From: Heterodontus francisci
Taxonomy: Eukaryota
DNA length: 64,000 nt
Assembly (NCBI RefSeq): GCF_036365525.1
Contig: NC_090378.1
Span: 119,149,593-119,213,592 of the forward strand
Reading direction: 5' to 3'
Of this stretch, positions 13,801 to 24,289 are shown in pieces (the first letter of the stretch is position 1; every line of letters begins with the position of its first letter). A program made the position numbers and the translations under genes. The notes under the pieces are model-generated. The model made no database searches. It saw only the letters and a program-made list of their open reading frames with translations, and was not told where the DNA came from.

Positions 13801-16800
13801 TGGGACTGTGTGTCCATTATTATATTATATAACTGTGGGACGTGTCAGTACAGGAGGTGGGACTGTGTGTCCATTATTATATATTATATATAACTGTGGG
13901 ACATGTCAGTACAGGAGGTGGGACTGTGTGTCCATTATTATATATTATATATAACTTTGGGACGTGTCAGTACAGGAGGTGGGACTGTGTGTCCATTATT
14001 ATATATTATATATAACTGTGGGACATTTCAGTACAGGAGGTGGGACTGTGTGTCCATTATTATATATTATATATAACTGTGGAACGTTTCAGTACAGGAG
14101 GTGGGACTGTGTGTCCATTATTATATATTATATATAACTGTGGGACGTGTCAGTACAGGAGGTGGGACTGTGTGTCCATTATTATAGATTATATATAACT
14201 GTGGGACGTGTCAGTACAGGAGGTGGGACTGTGTGTTCATTATTATATATTATATATAATTGTGGGATGTGTCAGTGCAGGAGGTGGGACTGTGTGTTCA
14301 TTATTATATATTATATATAACTGTGGGATGTGTCAGTGCAGGAGGTGGGACTGTGTGTCCATTATTATATATTATATATAACTGTGGGATGTGTCAGTGC
14401 AGGAGGTGGGACTGTGTGTTCATTATTATATATTATATATAACTGTGGGACGTGTCAGTACAGGAGGTGGGACTGTGTGTTCATTATTATATATTATATA
14501 TAACTGTGGGATGTGTCAGTACAGGAGGTGGGACTGTGTGTCCATTATTATATATTATATATAACTGTGGGACGTGTCAGTACAGGAGGTGGGACTGTGT
14601 GTCCATTATTATATATTATATATAACTGTGGGATGTGTCAGTGCAGGAGGTGGGACTGTGTGTCCATTATTATATATTATATATAACTGTGGGATGTGTC
14701 TGTGCAGGAGGTGGGACTGTGTGTCCATTATTATATATTATATATAACTGTGGGACGTGTCAGTACAGGAGGTGGGACTGTGTGTTCATTATTATATATT
14801 ATATATAACTGTGGGATGTGTCAGTGCAGGAGGTGGGACTGTGTGTTCATTATTATATATTATATATAACTGTGGGATGTGTCAGTGCAGGAGGTGGGAC
14901 TGTGTGTCCATTATTATATATTATATATAACTGTGGGATGTGTCAGTACAGGAGGTGGGACTGTGTGTTCATTATTATATATTATATATAACTGTGGGAT
15001 GTGTCAGTACAGGAGGTGGGACTGTGTGTTCATTATTATATATTATATATAACTGTGGGATGTGTCAGTGCAGGAGGTGGGACTGTGTGTCCATTATTAT
15101 ATTATATATCTGTGGGATGTGTCAGTACAGGAGGTGGGACTGTGTGTCCATTATTATACATTATATATAACTGTGGGACGTGTCAGTACAGGAGCTGGGA
15201 CTGTGTGTCCATTATTATATATTATATATAACAGTGGGATGTGTCAGTACAGGAGGTGGGACTGTGTGTCCATTATTATATTATATAACTGTGGGACATG
15301 TCAGTACAGGAGGTGGGACTGTGTGTCCATTATTATATATTATATATAACAGTGGGATGTGTCAGTACAGGAGGTGGGACTGTGTGTCCATTATTATATT
15401 ATATAACTGTGGGACATGTCAGTACAGGAGGTGGGACTGTGTGTCCATTATTATATATTATATATAACAGTGGGATGTGTCAGTACAGGAGGTGGGACTG
15501 TGTGTCCATTATTATATTATATAACTGTGGGACATGTCAGTACAGGAGGTGGGACTGTGTGTCCATTATTATATTATATAACTGTGGGACATGTCAGTAC
15601 AGGAGGTGGGACTGTGTGTCCATTATTATATATTATATATAACTGTGGGATGTGTCAGTACAGGAGGTGGGACTGTGTGTCCATTATTATATTATATAAC
15701 TGTGGGACATGTCAGTACAGGAGGTGGGACTGTGTGTCCATTATTATATTATATAACTGTGGGACATGTCAGTACAGGAGGTGGGACTGTGTATCCATTA
15801 TTATATATTTTATATAACTGTGGGATGTGTCAGTACAGGAGGTGGGACTGTGTGTCCATTATTATATATTATATATAACTGTGGACGTGTCAGTACAGGA
15901 GGTGGGACTGTGTGTCCATTATTATATATTATATATAACTGTGGGATGTGTCAGTACAGGAGGTGGGACTGTGTGTCCATTATTATATATTATATATAAC
16001 TGTGGACGTGTCAGTACAGGAGGTGGGACTGTGTGTCCATTATTATATATTATATATAACTGTGGGACGTGTCAGTACAGGAGGTGGGACTGTGTGTCCA
16101 TTATTATATATTATATATAACTGTGGACGTGTCAGTACAGGAGGTGGGACTGTGTGTCCATTATTATATATTATATATAACTGTGGGATGTGTCAGTACC
16201 GGAGGTGGGACTGTGTGTTCATTATTATATCTTATATAGAACTGTGGGACGTGTCAGTGCAGGAGGTGGGACTGTGTGTCCATTATTATATTATATAACT
16301 GTGGGACGTCTCAGTACAGGAGGTGGGACTGTGTGTCCATTATTATATATTATATATAACTGTGGGATGTGTCAGTACAGGAGGTGGGACTGTGTGTCCA
16401 TTATTATATATTATATATAACTGTGGGACGTGTCAGTACAGGAGGTGGGACTGTGTGTCCATTATTATATATTATATATAACTGTGGGACGTGTCAGTCC
16501 AGGAGGTGGGACTGTGTGTCCATTATTATATTATATAACTGTGGGACGTGTCAGTACAGGAGGTGGGACTGTGTGTCCATTATTATATATTATATATAAC
16601 TGTGGGACATGTCAGTACAGGAGGTGGGACTGTGTGTCCATTATTATATATTATATATAACTTTGGGACGTGTCAGTACAGGAGGTGGGACTGTGTGTCC
16701 ATTATTATATATTATATATAACTGTGGGACATTTCAGTACAGGAGGTGGGACTGTGTGTCCATTATTATATATTATATATAACTGTGGAACGTTTCAGTA

Positions 16801-18106
16801 CAGGAGGTGGGACTGTGTGTCCATTATTATATATTATATATAACTGTGGGACGTGTCAGTACAGGAGGTGGGACTGTGTGTCCATTATTATAGATTATAT
16901 ATAACTGTGGGATGTGTCAGTACAGGAGGTGGGACTGTGTGTCCATTATTATATATTATATATAACTGTGGGACGTGTCAGTACAGGAGGTGGGACTGTG
17001 TGTTCATTATTATATATTATATATAATTGTGGGATGTGTCAGTGCAGGAGGTGGGACTGTGTGTTCATTATTATATATTATATATAACTGTGGGATGTGT
17101 CAGTGCAGGAGGTGGGACTGTGTGTCCATTATTATATATTATATATAACTGTGGGATGTGTCAGTGCAGGAGGTGGGACTGTGTGTTCATTATTATATAT
17201 TATATATAACTGTGGGACGTGTCAGTACAGGAGGTGGGACTGTGTGTTCATTATTATATATTATATATAACTGTGGGATGTGTCAGTACAGGAGGTGGGA
17301 CTGTGTGTCCATTATTATATATTATATATAACTGTGGGACGTGTCAGTACAGGAGGTGGGACTGTGTGTCCATTATTATATATTATATATAACTGTGGGA
17401 TGTGTCAGTGCAGGAGGTGGGACTGTGTGTCCATTATTATATATTATATATAACTGTGGGATGTGTCTGTGCAGGAGGTGGGACTGTGTGTCCATTATTA
17501 TATATTATATATAACTGTGGGACGTGTCAGTACAGGAGGTGGGACTGTGTGTTCATTATTATATATTATATATAACTGTGGGATGTGTCAGTGCAGGAGG
17601 TGGGACTGTGTGTTCATTATTATATATTATATATAACTGTGGGATGTGTCAGTGCAGGAGGTGGGACTGTGTGTCCATTATTATATATTATATATAACTG
17701 TGGGATGTGTCAGTACAGGAGGTGGGACTGTGTGTTCATTATTATATATTATATATAACTGTGGGATGTGTCAGTACAGGAGGTGGGACTGTGTGTTCAT
17801 TATTATATATTATATATAACTGTGGGATGTGTCAGTGCAGGAGGTGGGACTGTGTGTCCATTATTATATATTATATATAACTGTGGGATGTGTCAGTACA
17901 GGAGGTGGGACTGTGTGTTCATTATTATATATTATATATAACTGTGGGATGTGTCAGTACAGGAGGTGGGACTGTGTGTTCATTATTATATATTATATAT
18001 AACTGTGGGATGTGTCAGTGCAGGAGGTGGGACTGTGTGTTCATTATTATATATTATATATAACTGTGGGATGTGTCAGTACAGGAGGTGGGACTGTGTG
18101 TATTGA

Positions 18107-18134
18107 GGTTTTTGTACGGCTCTGTCTCACTGTG
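18107..18134 (-). other. Recombination signal sequence, 12-bp spacer (12-RSS)
   Basis: Minus strand reads CACAGTG (18134-18128), AGACAGAGCCGT (12 bp), ACAAAAACC (18115-18107). Heptamer and nonamer are both perfect consensus and directly follow the V coding end. A 12-spacer on V is the kappa-type configuration. Confidence 0.99.
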
Positions 18135-18436
18135 TAGAGGGAAGCTGTAATATTGCTGACAGTAATAATCTGCGACATCCTCATTCTGTACATTACTGAT
18201 TGTCAGAGTGAATTTGAGGTTCTGTTGACTGCCGGTGAACCGTTCCGATATTCCTGTGTATCGAGTTGTTGCAGCATAGATCAGGGGAGTGGGTTTCTGA
18301 CCGTCTCGCTGCTGATACCAAGCTACATATTTGCTAACGGACTGGCTGGCCGTACAGGTGATCGTTGCGGTCTGTCCCAGTGTCACTGACAGTGCCGGTG
18401 GAGACTGGGTCATGATGATGGTGTCTCCACTGATAC
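18135..18436 (-). CDS. IGKV: Immunoglobulin light-chain kappa-type V exon (L-part2 plus V region), germline and unrearranged
   Basis: Acceptor ...TTACCCCTCAG, then (G)[100 protein letters not shown]. Both cysteines, WYQQ, LIY and DxADYYC are conserved, with no stops. It resembles shark NS4/type III kappa V as I recall it (not searched). Confidence 0.95.
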
Positions 18437-18622
18437 CTGAGGGGTAATAGAGAAACAGAGTGAAGTAAGAACTGTCACAGAAAGACCCTGTAAAATGAGA
18501 TATTATTAGAGACAGTGACCGCTCCTCATGTTTCAGCATTTTCACTCCAATCACAAGTCAGTAGAATTGGACTGAAATAAACAGCAGGAAAATATTAAAC
18601 GTGGAAGGAGAGAGATTTGTAC

Positions 18623-18671
18623 CTGCGACGCAGAATGCCAGAGGCCAGATCAGCTGGATGGGTGAAATCAT
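18623..18671 (-). CDS. IGKV: Ig light-chain leader exon (signal peptide L-part1)
   Basis: GCACC-ATG Kozak context; encodes MISPIQLIWPLAFCVA plus G, then a GTACAA donor. A 186-bp phase-1 intron (18437-18622) splices in frame to the V exon. Confidence 0.94.
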
Positions 18672-18730
18672 GGTGCCTGCTCCTGTCTCTGTGCCTGGTT
18701 ACTGATAAACTCTCCCTTCACTGGGCTCTG

Positions 18731-18828
18731 CTTTATAAAGCTGCAGCCTGTGAGAGTCTGACTGCCTGTTTCTCAGTATGTAAATGGTATCACCCAGAGA
18801 AAGGCACGTCAGCAACTCTCACTTCCTC
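18731..18828 (-). promoter_or_regulatory. V-gene promoter: TATA box, variant octamer, CRE-like site, PU.1 box
   Basis: CTTTATAAAG at 18731-18740, about 60 bp upstream of the ATG. ATTTACAT at 18785-18778, one mismatch to the light-chain octamer ATTTGCAT, in the expected position and orientation. TGACGTG at 18811-18805 and GAGGAAGTG at 18828-18820. Confidence 0.72.
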
Positions 18829-19340
18829 TTCTCTCTCCCTCTTCCACCCTCCCTCTCACTCTCCCTCTCCTCCCTCCCTCTTCCTCACTCTCCCTCTCCT
18901 CCCTCTGTCTCCCTGTCTTCCTCTTCCACCCTCTGACTCTCCCTCTTCTCCCTCTTTTCCTCTTCCTGTCTCCCTCCCTTCCTCTTCCTCACTCTCCCTC
19001 TCCTCCCTCTCTTCCTCTTCCTCACTCTCACTCTCCTCCCTCTTTTCCTCTTCCTCTGTCTCCCTCTCTTCCTCTTCCTCACTCTCCCTCTCCTCCCTCT
19101 CTTCCTCTGTCTCCCTCTCTTCCTCTTCCTCACTCTCCCTCTCCTCCCTCTCTTCCTCTTCCTCACTCTCCCTCTCCTCCTTCTCTTCCACTTCCTCTGT
19201 CTCCCTCTCTCACGATCCCTCTCCCTCACTCACTCTCTTTCTCTCCCCTTCTCTCTATCCTTGTCTCTGTTTTGCTCTTTTGTGCTCTTTCTTTGTCATC
19301 CTCTCTTTCTGCCTCTCTCTCTCTGTTACTCTGTCTCACT
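18822..19340. repeat. Polypyrimidine/polypurine low-complexity tract with imperfect ~20-33 bp internal repeats
   Basis: Almost purely C/T on the + strand, with repeated TCTTCCTCTTCCTCACTCTCCCTCTCCTCCCTC-like units. Similar CT-rich tracts at about 19770-19870 and 20570-20960. Confidence 0.9.
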
Positions 19341-19765
19341 GGCCTGGATTTTAAGGCTCCCTCGACATTGTGATCCCTGGTGGGAGATCCTGAAGTTGGC
19401 TCCGGATGAGGCCACCACGGACCTTGACGCCGGCAGAGCTACTCCCGATCCTCCCGGTGACGGGGAGGCTCCGTGCCGACCACCCGGCCGCTGGGCGACA
19501 GGACCACAATTTAAACATTTAAATCAATAATATTAATGAATTTAAATCGACTCACCCGTGATCTTGAGGGTCCGTCACAGTGTCGCACCTTCAGAACCCT
19601 GTCTTGGGAAACAAGGCACCACACTGGTGGGGAGGTGGGAGCAGGTCAGTTTCTCAGTGCAGGAGTTGGGGGGGAAACAGGGTCAAATAAACAGCAGGAT
19701 GGAGGGGATGGTGGGAATTTTCTGTCATTTTCTGAACTCGCTGACGAGCTCATAGAATCCAGCAC
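19341..19765. mobile_element. Putative MITE / non-autonomous DNA transposon
   Basis: Imperfect TIRs GGCCTGGATTTTA ... TAGAATCCAGCAC (10/13 complementary). The GC/CpG-rich body has an internal ATTTAAAT-rich patch and interrupts a CT-rich tract. Confidence 0.55.
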
Positions 19766-19885
19766 ATTGTTTCTCCTCTCTCTGTCTCTCTCTCTCTCTC
19801 TGTCTCTCTCTCTGTCTCTCATTCTCTCTCTCACCCTCTTTTTCTATCTCCCTCTCCCTCTCTCTGTCTCAGTTTTCGAGCCTCT

Positions 19886-20549
19886 GGGCTGAATTTTACC
19901 AGCCCCTCCACTCGCGGGTCACAGCGCTGGGGCAGGTAAAATTATGTGGGGAGTCGCCCGCCTCGACCCCCCATGTTGTGGAGAAGGGCTCGCCGCATAT
20001 TACCAGTGGCGAGGGGACATTGGTGCCACCGCCCACTGCCACCTGGCAGCAGGACCTTCATCTCCATATTAAAATGAACCTTAATGATATGTAAATAAAC
20101 TTACCTGCAGGTGCGGCTGTCCCACACCGATTTTACCACCACCGTTCATACCTCGCGCACCTTCGGAACTCCGTACGGAATTCCCAGGCGGGAACCTGGT
20201 GGATAGCGGGGAGGAATAAAACTTTCAGGGCGGGAGGGGTGGGGGAGCGGGGGAGCGGGGAAAACAATTTTGATTGGATGTGGGGATGGTGGGAAGAGGT
20301 TGAAGGGTAAAAGATTGAAGGTTGGGGTGAAAGTTCAGGTATTTGAAAAAGCCAGTTGTTGATCATTTCGGGCAATGAAATGACCATTGGGGAGTTGGGG
20401 AAGGGCTTCCATCACAAAGATTTTTATTTAATAAAGTTTTACAATAATACACCTTTATTTAAATGAGCCCCTATGTGTAATTTCGCGGGGGCTCCGGGAC
20501 GACACATCTGCACAGTCTACATCCCGACAACACTCATAAAATTCATCCT
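19886..20549. mobile_element. Putative MITE / non-autonomous DNA transposon, with termini related to 19341-19765
   Basis: TIRs GGGCTGAATTTTA (19886-19898) and TAAAATTCATCCT (20537-20549), 11/13 complementary. Same layout of GC-rich arm, AT patch and G-rich segment. Confidence 0.6.
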
Positions 20550-21435
20550 TGGATTTCTATCACCCTGTTCGTCCACCTCTCTGTATCTCTCTCAGTTATA
20601 CTTTCACCCTCCTCTCTCTCATTGCATATCTGTCTTTCACATTCTTCCCATCTCGCTCTCCCTGTTTTGCTCTCCTCCCTGTCGCTCTGTCTCTTTCTCA
20701 TTCTCTCTCATTTCTGGTCTCTCTCTCCCATTGCGTTTCTCTCTCCCTCTTTCCCTGTCTCTATCTCTCTGTCTTTGTTCCTCTGCCGACTCATCTCTCT
20801 CTCCCACCCTCCATTGTTCTGTAATTCTGTAACTGATCTCTATAACAGGAGTTATTACTGGAGACTGGAACACTTTGAGGCCTGGTGCAGCAGTTAAATG
20901 CCTCCCCCTCTCTCTTTCTCTCACTCTGTCTCACAGCCTCCACCTCTCTCTCTTTCCCACAGTCTCCCAGGTGGAGCACAGTTAAATGAAGGGTAAAACT
21001 CCCTCTGCTCTGCCCCATCAATGGTTGTTAATTCTTGACCCCAGAAACATGCCTTCTCCTGGAGTAAGGCCCCATTCCCCACAGTGACCATGCTTTGACC
21101 TCTCTCAGTAAGACTGGCAGATTATTGTCAAATTTAGGGCAGTTCTGTGCTGTTGGTCTATTCTCACTGGGACTGGTTTGGACAGAAAGCTCATTTCGTG
21201 AAGGCCCAGCAGAGAGAGGAGATCCTCACCCCATCAGTGTGAGCTGGAGGGACAGGATAGGGTCTGACCCACTGCCCCATCCTGTCAGCTCATAACATGT
21301 TCTAATCCCTTCCCGTCTCCATCCCTTTCCATGGTCAGGCTCCGGGTCATGGGGTTTTACTGGGATGAGGGGTCGACAATCACACATTTACAACATGAAG
21401 GAGCTTTGCTTCACATCAACCATGGTGACCATGTT

Positions 21436-22184
21436 CCACTGGACCTCCAATAGGGACCAGTAAACATGGGCCTCCTTCTCACTGGACCTCCAATAGGGAA
21501 CAGTAAACATGGGCCTCCTTCCCACTGGACCCTCCAATAGGGACCAGTAAACATGGGCCTCCTTCCCACTGGACCCTTCAATAGGGACCAGTAAGCATGG
21601 GCCTCCTTCCCACTGGACCCTCCAATCGGGACCAGTAAACATGGGCCTCCTTCCCACTGGGCATCCAATAGGGACCAGTAAACATGGGCCTCCTTCCCAC
21701 TGAACCCTCCAATCGGGACCAATAAACATGGGCCTCCTTCCCACTGGACCCTTCAATAGGGACCAGTAAACATGGGCCTCCTTCCCACTGGGCATCCAAT
21801 AGGGACCAGTAAACATGGGCCTCCTTCCCACTGGGCATCCAATAGGGACCAGTAAACATGGGCCTCCTTCCCACTGGGCCTCCAATAGGGACCAGCAAAC
21901 ATGGGCCTCCTTCCCACTGGGCCTCCAATAGGGACCAGTAAACACGGGCCTCCTTCCCACTGGACCCTCCAATAGGGACCAGTAAACATGGGCCTCCTTC
22001 CCACTGGACCCTCCAATAGGGACCAGTAAACATGGGCCTTCTTCCCACTGGGCATCCAATAGGGACCAGTAAACATGGGCCTCCTTCCCACTGGGCATCC
22101 AATAGGGACCAGTAAACATGGGCCTCCTTCCCACTGGCCCTCCAGTAGGGACCAGCAAACATGGGCCTCCTTCCCACTGGGCCT
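21436..22184. repeat. 43/44-bp minisatellite, about 17 copies
   Basis: Unit CTTCCCACTGGACCCTCCAATAGGGACCAGTAAACATGGGCCTC (44 bp), mixed with 43-bp variants reading ...ACTGGGCATCCAATAGGG.... Confidence 0.97.
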
Positions 22185-22199
22185 AAAGTAGTTGAGCTT

Positions 22200-22819
22200 C
22201 AAACCCCACATCCTCTCCATCATGTGAGCCTCTTATTTCTGTCCCCACAACATTGCCTGTCTCTACACTACATCAGCCCCTTGACCACACAAACCCTTAT
22301 CCCTGCTCATCTTGTCTCCAAACTTGATTATTCCCATGTCTGCTGCCGGCTTCTTTCATCCACTCTCCATAAACCCCGACTTGTCTGAAATGCAGTGGTC
22401 AGTACACTGTCTGACACCAAGTGCCGTTCCAACACTACCCCTGACCTCACTGACCTACTACCCTGACCTCACTGACCTCTGTTTCCCTCCTCCCTACCCT
22501 CTGCCTCCTGCTGCAGACTCACATTCCCTCCCTCACTCTTCCATCTTCTAACTCGCCTCTCCTGCCCATCGCTGCTTCCTTCATCCCACCATGGACAGCA
22601 GAGCCTTCAGATGCCTCGGCCCTGCTCTCTGAACTCCCGCCATTAATCCCTCCCCCTCTCCAGGTCTCTCTCTGCTCCATCAAACTCCATCCTTTCACCC
22701 AAGACTTTGATCACTCTTCCGAAAGTCTCCTCACCCCCTACCCCGTTCCTCTTACTGTGGCTCTGTGAAGCATCTTGTGATGTTTTGTACTTTAAAGGTG
22801 CTATATAAATGCAAGTTGT
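22200..22819 (+). mobile_element. Degenerate L2-clade LINE 3' fragment
   Basis: TLIPAHLVSKLDYS resembles the L2 ORF2 motif TLIHAFVTSRLDYSN. It ends in an L2-type terminus CTGTGAAGCATCTTG...TAAAGGTGCTATATAAATGCAAGTTG. Confidence 0.75.
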
Positions 22820-22910
22820 GTGTGGATTTCAGGTGGGGACAGAATTGGACACAGTTGTGATGGCCCCTGCAGTCAAATATCCTGCTAACAGGGTCCAGGT
22901 TTACACATGT

Positions 22911-23873
22911 AGGCTGGGATTTTGTTGAGGTCCCGATGTCGGGATCCGTGGCGGGGAATGGTGGCGGGGGGGCCGGAAGATCATTCTGACAGCGGCCGGA
23001 CACGGAGTCCGACGCCAGGAGTGTCGGACCCGATCTTCCTGGTGGTGACGTGGCTCCAGGGCGGTCCCTCCGCTGCTGGGTGATGGGATCCGACTTTACA
23101 TATTTAAATTAAGTAAATGAATAAATTTAAATAAAATCAACAGCAATCTTCCCGGCTGCCCGCGATCTTCCGAGTGGCGGCCGGCACTCACACCTTCACT
23201 TCCCCGTCCAGGGAAAACTAGCACCACCGAGGTGGGGATGGGGGGAGACTTAGGACCTTTAGTGCAGTGAGAGGGGGATCAGGATCCAATCAGCATTAAT
23301 AGTGTAGGGGAGGGTGGGAAGGGGTGACCTCTGAACTTTGATCAGTTTGGGGGGAAAGGTCAAGTCTTGCTGGTAAGTGTTTTGTTGGGGGAGAGGAGGA
23401 CAACCATTACATTTAATTGTTATTGGGGGGAAGGGGCGAGAGTTTATTTTGCAGTTCATTGGGTGGGGAGGGGTTAGGCCATTAAAAATGTAAATGTAGC
23501 AGCAGGACTGGCTGTCCTTTCAAAATGGCACCAGCGCCTGTGTAAAGGCAGCTGATGCTGTTGCCAGCGTCGCAGAGCACCCACCCTCCACGTGATTGAG
23601 GGGGCAGCACGACCATCGTTTTATGTTGGGCCACCGTGCGGTCGATCGTGGTAGCATGGCGGCACGGGGACCACATGTGTGACCATCATATTGTTCACCC
23701 ACAGAATGGGGAAGTGGGTGAGGTAGGAATGTGCTGTCGGGGTCCATGGAACTGTTACCCCAGCATGAAGTGTCCCTCAGGAGGGGAGAGGGAATGTTCC
23801 GAGTCCTGAGCTCCATTTCCCACACCAGGCATTTTGTCTTCCAATGAATGAATGAGATGCCAATTTCGAGCCC
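22911..23873. mobile_element. Putative MITE-like element of the same group (right boundary uncertain)
   Basis: Starts AGGCTGGGATTTTG, with a CpG-rich arm, an ATTTAAAT-rich patch near 23100-23135 and G-rich segments. A possible right TIR CAATTTCGAGCCC ends at 23873. Confidence 0.45.
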
Positions 23874-23934
23874 AGGTTAGGGACAGTCTCGTACTGTGGG
23901 CCCAGGTCTAGAAGAGGGAATTGGAGATAGACCT

Positions 23935-24045
23935 GAAAAGGAAAGATTTGCTGGGTTATGGGGCTGGAGAGGGGCAGTGGGAGGAATTGGGTAGCTCACA
24001 GGCACGATGGGCTGAATGGCCTCCTTCTGTGCTGTAAGATTCTAG
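23935..24045 (+). mobile_element. CR1-like LINE 3' end fragment
   Basis: GGCACGATGGGCTGAATGGCCTCCTTCTGTGCTGTAAGATTCTA matches the CR1-type 3' terminus as I recall it. A similar remnant lies at about 26255-26295. Confidence 0.65.
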
Positions 24046-24053
24046 GTAGTGTG

Positions 24054-24225
24054 TGCGGTTCACAGTTTTGTCCCGTGTCATTAACAAACGTCCAGCTGCT
24101 CCGAGCTCCTTCTTTCACTTCCTCTGTTAGTTAAGTTTCAATCTTCCGATCTGACAGTCTTTGCAGTTATTTTTTACATTGGGGATTTCTGCTGTGGTCT
24201 GAGTCTCTAATAATAACCGTCCAAT
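24054..24225. promoter_or_regulatory. Candidate lymphoid enhancer or interferon-responsive promoter (motif cluster)
   Basis: RUNX TGCGGTT 24054-24060; E-box CAGCTG 24093-24098; Ets-IRF composite GAGGAAGTGAAA (minus) 24113-24124; kB-like GGGGATTTCT 24181-24190; RUNX TGTGGTC 24193-24199; CCAAT 24221-24225. Motif evidence only. Confidence 0.4.
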
Positions 24226-24289
24226 CAAAGAAAATAACAGCAGCTAAGACCAGTCAGCACTGAGGACCCAGTCTCACTGGGGAACACAT

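Larger units (their letters stand above)
1..18100. repeat. 61-bp satellite array, about 275 monomers in the window, open at the left edge and interrupted by an RTE LINE at 6413-7883
   Basis: Consensus AACTGTGGGAYGTGTCAGTACAGGAGGTGGGACTGTGTGTCCATTATTATATATTATATAT. Length variants are 57 bp (4-bp loss in the AT tract), 60 bp (one G lost) and one 63-bp unit near 9590. The last partial unit ends at 18100, 6 bp from the RSS nonamer. Confidence 0.99.

Noticed and set aside
254-17209. Many Cys/Tyr-rich short ORFs
   Set aside because: Translations of the 61/57-bp monomers.
18054-18554. 166-aa ORF as a single-exon or germline-joined VJ gene
   Set aside because: Its N-terminus is intron and its C-terminus reads through the RSS into satellite. 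There is no FGxG J motif; the true structure is leader plus V exon.
18617-19354. Ser/Leu-rich and Glu/Arg-rich ORFs
   Set aside because: Translations of the CT/GA low-complexity tract.
19576-21086. Other perfect heptamers at 19576 and 21080
   Set aside because: No nonamer at 12 or 23 bp and no adjacent V, D or J sequence.
21388-22223. Overlapping minus-strand ORFs of 100-256 aa
   Set aside because: Translations of the 43/44-bp minisatellite in all frames.
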